A stretch of DNA of 64,000 bases from Patescibacteria group bacterium (GTDB lineage: Bacteria > Patescibacteriota > Minisyncoccia > 2-02-FULL-40-12 > GWA2-44-9), in assembly GCA_038064515.1 (NCBI GenBank), contig JBBTSY010000004.1, positions 32,585 to 96,584 of the forward strand. The letters run 5' to 3'. Within the stretch, counting starts at the first letter, position 1, and every line of letters begins with the position of its first letter. Under the pieces are notes generated by a model that worked only from the letters and a program-made list of their open reading frames with translations, made no database searches and was not told where the DNA came from. A program made the position numbers and the translations under genes. Positions 19,311 through 28,907 of this stretch are shown in pieces.

Positions 19311-19886
19311 ATGAACATTAAGGCGGCTGTTTTTGTTAAGGGCATCAATGGCACGGATCCGATTCTCGATGACGGGCGACCTCAAGTCGCCTTTATTGGG
19401 CGTTCAAACGTCGGCAAATCCAGCGTTATTAATTCCCTGACTGGCAAAAATGATCTAGTTCGCTCGAGCCCCCGCCCTGGGAAGACTCGCGAAATAAATT
19501 TCTTTCTCGTAAACAATAAAACCTATTTCGTAGATCTTCCCGGTTATGGCTATGCGCGCATGTCTCCCAAAGAAAAAGAGCACCTCCAACGATTAATCCT
19601 TTGGTATCTCGTCGATGAAAAAATCGCCAATCGAACAGTCGTACTTATCATTGATGGTAATGTTGGCCCTACGGGCATGGATTTAGAAATGCTCCTCCTG
19701 CTTCAAGAACATAATCTTGAAATCATTGTTATTGCAAACAAAATGGATAAACTCAAGAAGGACCAGCAGGCCAAGCGCCTCGCAGAACTCCAAGACCAAC
19801 TTGGCATTGAGCCGATCCTTCCCTACTCCGCTGAAACTCATAACGGCCGTGAAGCACTGCTAAGGATATTACTTGAAACAAACTGA
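19311..19886 (+). CDS. engB: Ribosome biogenesis GTPase YsxC/EngB
   Basis: GRSNVGKSS, PGKT, DLPGYGY, NKMD. Confidence 0.95.
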   Translation: MNIKAAVFVKGINGTDPILDDGRPQVAFIGRSNVGKSSVINSLTGKNDLVRSSPRPGKTREINFFLVNNKTYFVDLPGYGYARMSPKEKEHLQRLILWYLVDEKIANRTVVLIIDGNVGPTGMDLEMLLLLQEHNLEIIVIANKMDKLKKDQQAKRLAELQDQLGIEPILPYSAETHNGREALLRILLETN

Positions 19887-19889
19887 TTA

Positions 19890-20129
19890 ATGTACTACCT
19901 GTATCTTCTTCAATGCAGTGACGGCAGTATCTACACCGGTATCACAACTGATATAAAACGAAGATTTACTGAACATAAAACCGGCGAAGGCGGCCGGTTC
20001 ACTCGATCTCGTAAAGTGACGAAAATTTTATATACTGAACGATTCGACAATCGTAGCCAGGCGCTCAAGCGCGAAGCGGAAGTTAAAAGCTGGCATCGAA
20101 CGAAGAAACTTAAATTGATTAATGCGTGA
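19890..20129 (+). CDS. Small GIY-YIG nuclease
   Basis: YYLYLLQCSDGSIYTGITTDIKRRFTEH...ALKREAEVK. Confidence 0.9.
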   Translation: MYYLYLLQCSDGSIYTGITTDIKRRFTEHKTGEGGRFTRSRKVTKILYTERFDNRSQALKREAEVKSWHRTKKLKLINA

Positions 20130-21204
20130 GCTCCATAATCGCGAGCTCCAACGGCAGTTGAGGAATAGGAGAAATCTTCATGTCGTTGCGGACATTCGTG
20201 AATGCCGCCAGCATTTTTAAAAGATGCTGACTGTCAATTTCGCTCGCCAGATCAGCAAGCCTTTTTCCCGAATCACCGCTTGGTTCTTCGCCCATCGAAA
20301 CAAGTACCGCAGGACTTATTTTTTTTATCATTACTTTGCGGAGATATTCAAGGAATCCTTTCGTGAAATGCTCGAGATTATGCCCAGAATGATATATCTG
20401 TTGAACAAATCCAAGGGCCAGCGAGCGCTCGTTATGAATAAGATAGCCAAGGAAATCAGGATTCATATGCTCTGGAATCAAACCGAGTACCAGTGTCGCC
20501 TTAGCAATAGTAATTTGCTCTTTATCGCCAAACGAGGAGAGTAACTTTGATAGCGCCACTTCCGCGTCACGAAGCGCGCCATCCGACGAAGATGCGATAG
20601 AAGCAATGACAGTATCGTCCACGAATGCCTTCTCGGCTTTTACGATCATAGTGAGCTTCTCGGCAATTTCTTTGCTGGTGAGCTTTTTGAAATCAAACCG
20701 CTGTACGCGCGAAAGGACGGTAGGAAGAATTTTTTGAGGATCAGTAGTGGCTAATACCAGGACAACATGCGCTGGCGGCTCTTCCAGGATCTTCAGGAGC
20801 GCGTTGAATGCCTCTTTGGTGACCATGTGCGCCTCGTCAATGATGAAAACCTTATAACCGCCGCTAGCCGCCGCCACAGCGGCTGAATCTTTCAAATTGC
20901 GAATCTCGTCAATGCGGCCATTGGATGCGCCATCAATTTCAATAAGATCTAAAGAACGCCCTTCACTGATTGCAAGGCAACTCTCACATGTATTGTCCGG
21001 TTCGCCGGATTTTGCGCGATGCTTGCAATTAAGGGCTTTCGCCAGGATGCGCGCCAATGTTGTTTTTCCCGTCCCCCGCGGTCCGGAAAATAGATACGCA
21101 TGGCTTAAGCGCCCGCTCGAGAGAGCGCCCTTGAGTGTTTGAACAACGTGTTGCTGTCCAACTACTTCGTTAAATAATTGAGGTCGATACTTTCGATATA
21201 GCAT
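20119..21204 (-). CDS. dnaX: DNA polymerase III gamma/tau
   Basis: LYRKYRPQ, GPRGTGKTT, IIDEAHM, NALLKILEEPP. Confidence 0.97.
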   Translation of the reverse strand: MLYRKYRPQLFNEVVGQQHVVQTLKGALSSGRLSHAYLFSGPRGTGKTTLARILAKALNCKHRAKSGEPDNTCESCLAISEGRSLDLIEIDGASNGRIDEIRNLKDSAAVAAASGGYKVFIIDEAHMVTKEAFNALLKILEEPPAHVVLVLATTDPQKILPTVLSRVQRFDFKKLTSKEIAEKLTMIVKAEKAFVDDTVIASIASSSDGALRDAEVALSKLLSSFGDKEQITIAKATLVLGLIPEHMNPDFLGYLIHNERSLALGFVQQIYHSGHNLEHFTKGFLEYLRKVMIKKISPAVLVSMGEEPSGDSGKRLADLASEIDSQHLLKMLAAFTNVRNDMKISPIPQLPLELAIMELTH

Positions 21205-21313
21205 AGTTTCTAGTAACTAGCTTCATGCTCTTTTGCCAAACTACAAGACCACGATGGAATCTCACCATGTCCGTACCTTAATCTAAAAACTAGAAACTAT
21301 CAACTAGAAACTA
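21205..21313 (-). repeat. AACTAG(A/T)-type short repeats around a four-helix-bundle gene remnant
   Basis: TAGTTTCTAGT / ACTAGAAACTA units; ATG at 21268 reads MVRFHRGLVVWQKSMKLV. Confidence 0.6.
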
Positions 21314-21916
21314 TCTCCTGAATACAAGCAACCTAAAACCTACAAAGTTGAAGATGAGGGCCACGGCGGAACCGGCGATGGCGGAAATGTTCGCCCATCG
21401 AACTGCTGAAAGCCCGAAATTATCCGTGCCCAATCTAAGAACAGCGGTAAATACGATTGTATTAATTACAAGACTCAACAGGTTTATGGTAAAGAACTTT
21501 CCAATCTCGGATGCCCCGGTCCTACCATTAGTTTGAAAAACCCATGTCTTATTCCAGAAGTAGCTATGCGTTGACGCCACTAAAAATGCCGCCGCCTTAA
21601 AGAACGATAATGTTGTGCCTCCGGTAATGCTGGAAATGGAGATGAGCAGATTCAAGGTACCAAAGTCGACAACGGCATTTGTAAAACCGATAGTTGCGAA
21701 TTTACCAAATTGATTAAAGAATGCCAGCCAGCGGCCCAGAAAATATCCGAACTGGACTCCAATCATCCATAAAACGGGAATAAATACCACAAGGCTTACC
21801 CAGGGAATACCGAACAGCGGCTCAATCTTTAAAAATAGCAAGATTTGCCACGCGATAAAACCGGCTGTTAATCCGGTAATAAGCGCGGAGATAATATCTT
21901 TACGTGTTATGGTCAT
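21311..21916 (-). CDS. GtrA family protein
   Basis: QFGKFATIGFTNAVVDFG, SYFWNKTWVF. Confidence 0.9.
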   Translation of the reverse strand: MTITRKDIISALITGLTAGFIAWQILLFLKIEPLFGIPWVSLVVFIPVLWMIGVQFGYFLGRWLAFFNQFGKFATIGFTNAVVDFGTLNLLISISSITGGTTLSFFKAAAFLVASTHSYFWNKTWVFQTNGRTGASEIGKFFTINLLSLVINTIVFTAVLRLGTDNFGLSAVRWANISAIAGSAVALIFNFVGFRLLVFRR

Positions 21917-24375
21917 GAAATTACAGAAACCGCAGGCTGCTGATAGCTCGATCGGATCGCATTCTCGACATCGGCTCTCGGTTGGCCGTACTTTCTTTCG
22001 GAAAGCATTTTAAGAGCCCTCGCAATCGCAGGATGCGGCGGCTTTTCTTGAATCGTTTTAATGTTGAATGGCTGGCTTGTTTGGTTCTGTATCAACAGTT
22101 TAACATGAGCTTGAAAATTATCTATGTTGAGAAGATCCTGAACGCTGAATACGGGCTCAAACTGATTTTTCAAAAACTCCGCGTCATCGGCTCCCACTCT
22201 GAATGCCACCATGGAACCGACATTTCCAAACACCGCATTCTTGATTTCATCGCGCAACTGCTTGATGTACTGATGCGCGATCACGAGATTAAGGCGATAC
22301 TTGCGGGCTTCTGAAAGAATCGTGGCGATACTTTCCGTCGTAACGGTTTGAAACTCATCAATATATAAGTAAAAATCCTTGCGCAAGTTTTCTTCCACAT
22401 CTACGCGTGATAATGCCGCCATGAGTAACTTACCCACAACCACCATTCCCAACAGGTACGCGTTAATTTCGCCGATCTGACCTTTGGAAAGGTTTACGAT
22501 AAGAATCTTTTGTTCATCAATGAGATCTCGGAAATTGAACGCGCTACGAGGCTGGGCGATGATCGGCCGCAAGTAATCATTCGCCAAAAACGGATTAAGT
22601 TTTGAAGTGACATACGGAGCCATATTGGCCAGTGCCGCGTCGCCCCCGGCCTTTTCCGCTTCCTGCTCCCAAAAATTCTTTACGAGCGGATTTGTTTCTT
22701 GCGCTAAAAGTGCTTTGCGGTATCCGGCATCAGTCAGCACGCGCGGTATTGCGGCGAGCGTCGGCATAAAGTGAGCAATACCAGTATGAACGGACCCATT
22801 CTCTTCGAACTTCCGCTGATAAATATCCAAAAGAAGCAAAATGCTATTTTTGAAATACTGTTCGAACATCGGTCCGAAAGCTTCCGGAACGCCTTCATAG
22901 AGCGATTTCACGATCGCGAGAACCTCATTGGCAACAAATGTTTTTTGTTCGGGTTTCGTCGGGTCGAACTCCAGCATGTTCAAGCCGAGCGGGAATTCAG
23001 TGCTTCCGGGATTAAAATACACGATGTCATCGGCACGTTCTTTGGGTACCATCGAAAGGACATATTCGGCAAGTTCGCCATGCGGATCGATGATACAGAC
23101 ACCTTTGCCGTTATTAATATCCTGGACGATCATGTTTTTTATCAGCGAAGATTTACCGGTGCCCGTCTGTCCCACAACATACATATGCCGGCGGCGGTCA
23201 TCATCGCCTACACGGACCATTTTTTCATCACCGCGAAAATTACTCGTACCAATCACCACGCCGGAGTCAGGCAGGTTCAACGGCGGCTCTGCGACTTTTG
23301 CCTTGAGCATTTTGATCTTGGGCGCTTGCGTGGTCGGCAGAGGGAAATGATAGATACTCGTCAACTCTTCACTCGAAAGAAATATCGTCTGCTCATTATC
23401 AAATATGCGGAAAGAGAAATTAAGGACTAAGTCTTCGAGGGCTTTCTTCCGAAGCTTCACAAGCTCCAAGCTATTGCGCTCGGGAGCTCCGAATTGCACG
23501 AATGCTCCGCCGGCATCATTGAGAATCTGCTCGGCACGAGGCTGATTATCGGCGGAGGCCAGAATGCGGATATTAACATCGTAAAGCGACCGCGAGGCCT
23601 TACTCTGAAGCGCCTCAACTATCTTGGCCTCAAATGGCGTCATGGTCTTCTGGGTTTCAACGTTCACATCGGATTTTTTCTTCTTTCCCTGCTTTGCTAG
23701 TATAAGCGCTTTATTAAAATCGTTCCCGGCTTGCATTTCATGAGCGACTTTTTGGGAAAGCGCGCGGATATTTTCCCGATGCGATGGCCGGATAAGAATT
23801 TGGATAGCCGCCCCCTCGCCTTCACGCTGTAATTTAGAAAGGGTGTTTATGACACCGCCCAACGGATCAGATTCGAGATCGTTGTACGTACGCAACGACA
23901 GAATGGGGCTAGCTTTCTGTTTAAGATATGTTCCCGCCACAACGCCTTGAGGATTAAAGATATTGTAGTCCTTCACGCGCAACACTTCGGCTACAGGATA
24001 TAGGCCGTGAACTTGCTGTTGAAAAGTCTGCTCATAACTCCGGGGAACGGCAATATAAAAGTGGATTTCCTCACCGATATGATGCACCGCCATCTCAAGG
24101 GCGAGGTACGGCTCACCGTAGGCAAATTTATTCCAACCGGTGGCGTGGATGCCGGTAAAGGAAGCGTACAGCTGTTCCATTACCGCGATTAGCTCCTTTT
24201 CAGGCTTTGGATTCGACTCGGAATCCTGGCCGCGAGGCAATGTAATCAGAAAGAGCGACATATTGAGCGCGCGGGCTACGGCCCCTTTGGAACGCACCGC
24301 TCCCAGAATAATAAGAACTGCCGAGCTCAAGATCAGCAGAACAAGCGCATAGGTTATAAGAAGAATGGGAGACAC
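21913..24375 (-). CDS. VirD4/TraD-HerA-like coupling ATPase, membrane anchored
   Basis: N-terminal TM, RRRHMYVVGQTGTGKS, IDPHG, LYIDEFQ, SEARKYRL, AHQY. Confidence 0.88.
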   Translation of the reverse strand: MSPILLITYALVLLILSSAVLIILGAVRSKGAVARALNMSLFLITLPRGQDSESNPKPEKELIAVMEQLYASFTGIHATGWNKFAYGEPYLALEMAVHHIGEEIHFYIAVPRSYEQTFQQQVHGLYPVAEVLRVKDYNIFNPQGVVAGTYLKQKASPILSLRTYNDLESDPLGGVINTLSKLQREGEGAAIQILIRPSHRENIRALSQKVAHEMQAGNDFNKALILAKQGKKKKSDVNVETQKTMTPFEAKIVEALQSKASRSLYDVNIRILASADNQPRAEQILNDAGGAFVQFGAPERNSLELVKLRKKALEDLVLNFSFRIFDNEQTIFLSSEELTSIYHFPLPTTQAPKIKMLKAKVAEPPLNLPDSGVVIGTSNFRGDEKMVRVGDDDRRRHMYVVGQTGTGKSSLIKNMIVQDINNGKGVCIIDPHGELAEYVLSMVPKERADDIVYFNPGSTEFPLGLNMLEFDPTKPEQKTFVANEVLAIVKSLYEGVPEAFGPMFEQYFKNSILLLLDIYQRKFEENGSVHTGIAHFMPTLAAIPRVLTDAGYRKALLAQETNPLVKNFWEQEAEKAGGDAALANMAPYVTSKLNPFLANDYLRPIIAQPRSAFNFRDLIDEQKILIVNLSKGQIGEINAYLLGMVVVGKLLMAALSRVDVEENLRKDFYLYIDEFQTVTTESIATILSEARKYRLNLVIAHQYIKQLRDEIKNAVFGNVGSMVAFRVGADDAEFLKNQFEPVFSVQDLLNIDNFQAHVKLLIQNQTSQPFNIKTIQEKPPHPAIARALKMLSERKYGQPRADVENAIRSSYQQPAVSVIS

Positions 24376-24378
24376 GTA

Positions 24379-24771
24379 TTATTTCGGTTGCTCGACTTTC
24401 TTGCGGGCAACCAGCTCATCATAGAGATCATCAACCAGGGCATCATGAAACGCATCAATTAATGCGGCATTATTTGTCTTTACGGCTTGGGTAATGGCAT
24501 GCTTGAGGCTTTGATTGAAGGCAATCGCCACCAATGATTGGACGTGGTCGTCCATTCCCGAAGAATTATCTAAAGGAAGTTCTGGTACAACTGTTTGGTC
24601 ATCCGATTGTGCTTGGGATTGCTGTTGGATTTGACCACCAACAACATCGTGCAAAATCTCCTTTTCTTGAGTCTCTTTGATTGGTTCAGATTGCTCTTGC
24701 TCAAGCATCGTTTTCTTTTCCTGGAGCTCGTTTTCAAGACTTGCGATCTCTTGTTCTAGCGTTTCATTCAT
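24379..24771 (-). CDS. Hypothetical protein
   Basis: ORF from ATGAAT (MNETLEQE...), coiled-coil N terminus, short gap to the ATPase gene. Confidence 0.75.
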   Translation of the reverse strand: MNETLEQEIASLENELQEKKTMLEQEQSEPIKETQEKEILHDVVGGQIQQQSQAQSDDQTVVPELPLDNSSGMDDHVQSLVAIAFNQSLKHAITQAVKTNNAALIDAFHDALVDDLYDELVARKKVEQPK

Positions 24772-24910
24772 CCTTACACTCACTGACGAGTAATGGCTCG
24801 CGTTCCGCTAAGCGAAGTGCTTACAGCGCAGCAAACTATTACACGACATATTATGCTATTATCCATGACCATCCTCGCCACCAGGAACAGCTCGTCAGGT
24901 GAGTGTGAGG
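24772..24910. mobile_element. Start-codon palindromic element, subtype 1 (no nuclease gene)
   Basis: IRs CCTTACACTCACTGACGAG / CTCGTCAGGTGAGTGTGAGG; ATTCAT direct repeats at 24766-24771 and 24911-24916. Confidence 0.85.
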
Positions 24911-24990
24911 ATTCATGGCTCCAGTATACCATAAAAATACGGGGTGTGGATAATAAAATGCCCATAAAATGGTATAGTTGAATAGATTTA

Positions 24991-26541
24991 ATGAAACATC
25001 TTCGAGAATTTACCATCGTCATTCTCATTATCCTGGTTGCTACTATTTTTCGGTTATATAAGCTTGACACATTCCCCCCGGGCTTATATCCCGATGAAGC
25101 AATGAACGGTAACAACGCCATCCAAGCCTACGAGACGGGTGAATATAAAATTTTCTATCCGGAAAATAACGGACGAGAAGGACTATTTATCGCGATTCAA
25201 TCGCTTTCTATCCGAGCATTCGGTAATACCGCTTATGCTCTACGGTTTGTATCCGCAATCACCGGCATACTTACCGTCTTGGGCCTCTATTTCCTCGCTA
25301 AAAAACTGTTTAACTGGCAGATCGGCGCAATCGCCAGTTTTTTAATGGCCATATCTTTTTGGCATGTTACGTTTTCACGTATCGGCTTTCGCGCTATTAT
25401 GGCTCCGCTTCTGGTCGTCTGGGGAGCTTATTTTTTCTGGAAAGGATTAAGTACTACCCGCTGGCAACATTTTGCAATCAGCGCCATATTCTGGGGCTTG
25501 GGTTTTTATACCTATATTTCTTTCCGCGTCATGCCTGGGGCGATCATTGCCGCTCTTCTGGCATATTGGTACGCTATTAAAAAAGATTTCAGCCACGATC
25601 GTTATATCCACGCGAGAAATCGCATCACCCAAGGATTGGCAGTCTTCATGCTGGTGGGCGGTATTGTGATTTTCCCTTTGGCATATCACTTTTACCTCCA
25701 GCCGGAAGATTTTCTCGGCCGCATAACTCAAGTTTCCATATTCTCGCAAGATAGTCCTTTAAAAATATTAGCCACGAATTTCGGCAAAACGCTGGGGATG
25801 TTTAATTTCGTCGGCGACCATAACTGGCGGCACAACTTCGCCGGGCGGCCCATCCTTTTCTTGCCCGTCGGCATTTTCTTCATTCTTGGATTTTTCAAAA
25901 GCATCCTCCGATTGGAACGGGGCCGGAAAACGCGCGGCCGTTTTTCGCCGCCGCATATTTTCTTATTTTCCTGGTTTTTTTTGGGACTGCTCCCCGTCGT
26001 TCTCTCGGCAGAAGGCATTCCTCACTCCCTCCGCGCCATTGTGGTCGTGCCGGTGATTTATATCTTCACCGCCGAGGGATTATGGTGGATTTTTGAGTGG
26101 TCACGCGACCATTATCGGGTGCGTAGCCGCCAGCAGAGCTATCTTCCCCTTGCGCATCATCATATCGCCCAAAGCACCCTTGCTATTTCCCTCGCCCTCG
26201 GCGCTTTTCTCTTGGCCGACGCGATTTACGAATTCAAGACTTACTTCTATGACTGGGGGCCAAACGAAACCGTGCGTGCTAATTTCAATCAAAATTACGT
26301 CGATATAGCTGACAGGCTCAACGCCCTGCCTCGTATAAAGGTAAAATATGTCTTAGTTAATGCCGGCGGCACACTGGTAAATGGCATCCCTATGCCGGCT
26401 CAAACTGTCATGTACCTCACTGATACCTGGACGTCGGAAAAGCAACAGGCAAAAAATATCTTTTATTTAAACATGGAGCAGTACGCCCAGCGCCGATACC
26501 TTCCCAACGCGATTATCATCCCGCTTGAGGAGAAAAAATAG
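24991..26541 (+). CDS. ArnT/PMT-like (GT-C fold) glycosyltransferase
   Basis: PPGLYPDEA, multi-TM, WHVTFSRIGFR. Confidence 0.88.
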   Translation: MKHLREFTIVILIILVATIFRLYKLDTFPPGLYPDEAMNGNNAIQAYETGEYKIFYPENNGREGLFIAIQSLSIRAFGNTAYALRFVSAITGILTVLGLYFLAKKLFNWQIGAIASFLMAISFWHVTFSRIGFRAIMAPLLVVWGAYFFWKGLSTTRWQHFAISAIFWGLGFYTYISFRVMPGAIIAALLAYWYAIKKDFSHDRYIHARNRITQGLAVFMLVGGIVIFPLAYHFYLQPEDFLGRITQVSIFSQDSPLKILATNFGKTLGMFNFVGDHNWRHNFAGRPILFLPVGIFFILGFFKSILRLERGRKTRGRFSPPHIFLFSWFFLGLLPVVLSAEGIPHSLRAIVVVPVIYIFTAEGLWWIFEWSRDHYRVRSRQQSYLPLAHHHIAQSTLAISLALGAFLLADAIYEFKTYFYDWGPNETVRANFNQNYVDIADRLNALPRIKVKYVLVNAGGTLVNGIPMPAQTVMYLTDTWTSEKQQAKNIFYLNMEQYAQRRYLPNAIIIPLEEKK

Positions 26542-26565
26542 TTCGACCAGCTTACCATAAATAAT

Positions 26566-28356
26566 ATGCATAAATTACAAAAATTCTTTCCCGTCATCTT
26601 GATCGTGTTCGCAGTTTTTTTTGCGGTGATGAGTATGGTGAATGATTCGCAGATCGTCGATGAGATCCCTCATGTCGGCGCCGGCTACTCCTACCTCGTA
26701 AAGCGGGACATGCGGTTTAACCCCGAACATCCGCCGCTGGCCAAAGATCTCGCCGCATTGCCGCTCTTATTCATGAATCTGAAAGACACAGTGTTTTCTA
26801 CCGCGCATTGGGAACAGGGCCTTAATGATCAGTGGGAGTTCGGCCGTAAGCTGATCTACAACTCGGGCAATGACGGGGATGCGATCAAATTCTTCTCTCG
26901 CTTGCCGATGCTATTGTTCTATATTCTCGCCGCCATTATTATTTTTAAATGGGGCACCGAGCTCTACGGAGACACTGGGGGCATGCTCGCGCTGATCATC
27001 TTTCTTTTCTCTCCGACCGTCATGGCGCATAGCCGTTTCGTGACTACCGATATTCCCGCACTCTTCGGGACGTTGGCAAGCATCTATACGTTCCTGCATT
27101 ATCTCCAGAAGCCAACACGCAAGGGCATGATTATTGCTGGAGCGGTGTTCGGACTGGCGCTCCTCATGAAATTCTCCACGTTCCTTTTGATTCCCTTTTT
27201 GGCAGTTGTCGCTTTGGCTTATGGACTTTTTTATAATCACCACAAACATGGGCGCTATAAAAACAGCCTTAAAACCCTTGGCAATGCATTTATCATCTTT
27301 GTTATCGGCTTTCTAGGCGTCGTCTGGCCAGTTTACGGCTTTCATATCTGGCACTACCCGGTAGAGCGTCAGCTGGCCGACACTACGGCCCTCATGAGTT
27401 CTCAAGGCAATCGGCTCCTGGCAGATGTGGTGGTGTGGATGGCCGATAAGCCATTTATTCGAGCGCTGGGACAGTACTTTCTGGGCTTCTTGATGGTTCT
27501 ACAGCGATCAGCCGGCGGCAATACGATCTACTTCCTCGGCGAAGTAAAAAACTCTGGCGGACCATTATACTTTCCATTAGTTTATTTCATTAAAGAGCCT
27601 TTAGCCTGGTGGGGATTGGTATTTGTCGCTCTTTCCGGCGCCGCCTATCGCATTAGCAGGGTCAAGCAGTCCGTTAAAAAAATTGCAGTTTTGATTCACG
27701 ATCATTTCCCCGAAAGCGTTATGATAGCGTGGATAGCTTTCTATTGGTTCATCAGCATCCGCAGTACGCTCAATATCGGCGTCCGCCACCTTCTTCCCAC
27801 TTATCCATTTGTCATCCTGTTGGTTGCCGGCCAGATCGCCCTCATCGCCGACTGGTTGCGCAAGCATGAAAAAGGATTTATTAAAGCGTTCTCTCTGATA
27901 ATCGCCGCGCTTCTGGGTTGGTATGCGTATGAAAATATCCGAGTCTTCCCCTATTACCTAACTTATTTCAATCAAACGGTTGGCGGACCATCCGGCGGTC
28001 ATGAGTATGTTGCTGATTCAAATCTCGACTGGGGACAGGACCTTAAGCGGCTAAGCCAGTTTGTTGAGCGAAAAGGTATTCCTAAAATTGAATTGGATTA
28101 CTTCGGCTGGGCTGATCCGCGCTTCTATCTAGGCGATAGGTATATCTGGGTTACTGCCACAAGCTACAGCAATTCTCATGACTTCCTTAAGCGCAACCGG
28201 ACCGACGGCTGGATCGCCGTCTCGGCAACCTTTTTCCAGCAAGCAACCAGCTCTAACGTAGACCATCCGGGACCACTGCAGTATCTCTGGCTTAAAGGCT
28301 ACAAGCCAGAGGCGGTAATCGGCAACTCCATATTTGTGTGGCATATTACGAGATAG
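26566..28356 (+). CDS. ArnT/PMT-like (GT-C fold) glycosyltransferase
   Basis: DEIPH, NPEHPPLAK, VTTD, GVRHLLP, DSNLDWGQDL. Confidence 0.88.
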   Translation: MHKLQKFFPVILIVFAVFFAVMSMVNDSQIVDEIPHVGAGYSYLVKRDMRFNPEHPPLAKDLAALPLLFMNLKDTVFSTAHWEQGLNDQWEFGRKLIYNSGNDGDAIKFFSRLPMLLFYILAAIIIFKWGTELYGDTGGMLALIIFLFSPTVMAHSRFVTTDIPALFGTLASIYTFLHYLQKPTRKGMIIAGAVFGLALLMKFSTFLLIPFLAVVALAYGLFYNHHKHGRYKNSLKTLGNAFIIFVIGFLGVVWPVYGFHIWHYPVERQLADTTALMSSQGNRLLADVVVWMADKPFIRALGQYFLGFLMVLQRSAGGNTIYFLGEVKNSGGPLYFPLVYFIKEPLAWWGLVFVALSGAAYRISRVKQSVKKIAVLIHDHFPESVMIAWIAFYWFISIRSTLNIGVRHLLPTYPFVILLVAGQIALIADWLRKHEKGFIKAFSLIIAALLGWYAYENIRVFPYYLTYFNQTVGGPSGGHEYVADSNLDWGQDLKRLSQFVERKGIPKIELDYFGWADPRFYLGDRYIWVTATSYSNSHDFLKRNRTDGWIAVSATFFQQATSSNVDHPGPLQYLWLKGYKPEAVIGNSIFVWHITR

Positions 28357-28499
28357 TGATCTGGCTCGCCGAGGCAGTACACACCAGAGAGAGTACGACA
28401 TCGCCGCCTACTGGCGGTGTGTCTCGTTCTCGCGCCAGTTGCACTGCGAAAGCCTCTCCTAGGGGTATACTGTTTCGGTTCACTTTTAGATAAATTAGC

Positions 28500-28533
28500 A
28501 AAAAAAAGGCCTGCGAGACAACACACGCAGACC
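28500..28533 (-). terminator. Intrinsic terminator
   Basis: Minus strand GGTCTGCG-loop-CGCAGGCC followed by T8. Confidence 0.75.
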
Positions 28534-28535
28534 AA

Positions 28536-28762
28536 GGACGGGCGACAGGACGGTATGAATTGGAGAAAAAACGAGCCACCACACGTCGCACCAGGTGGCC
28601 CAGCGATGGTTATTAAGGAGGCAGGGACCTCCCTAACTCCTCGGATGCCGCTCCAAGGATAGAGCAGATTAGCCGGTTCCCCCTGCCCGACTTGAGGGCT
28701 CTCTTGTATCCCTCGAGAGACTGCGGGTGCTTACGCAGTCCAGGCCTCCGTACCGCCCGTCA
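28536..28762 (-). ncRNA. Candidate multi-stem structured RNA of unknown family
   Basis: Closing stem GACGGGCG/CGCCCGTC, four inner helices with G-U pairs on the minus strand, between a promoter and a terminator. Confidence 0.55.
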
Positions 28763-28775
28763 AACAGCGGCCGAT

Positions 28776-28907
28776 GAGGCCCGAAAAAAGCCAACAACTA
28801 CTTCAACTTCAGCTATCACTAGGAGAAATCTTGCTATATTCTTAACAGTCTATGAGTTCTTACTTGAATACTGGAAATAGCGTATTTACTGGCTTTTTTC
28901 GGGCCTC
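28776..28907. repeat. MITE-like element with 18-bp perfect terminal IR
   Basis: GAGGCCCGAAAAAAGCCA ... TGGCTTTTTTCGGGCCTC. Confidence 0.75.

Noticed and set aside
21913-24375. Conjugative element (ICE)
   Set aside because: No relaxase, VirB4, pilus genes or att sites; embedded among housekeeping genes
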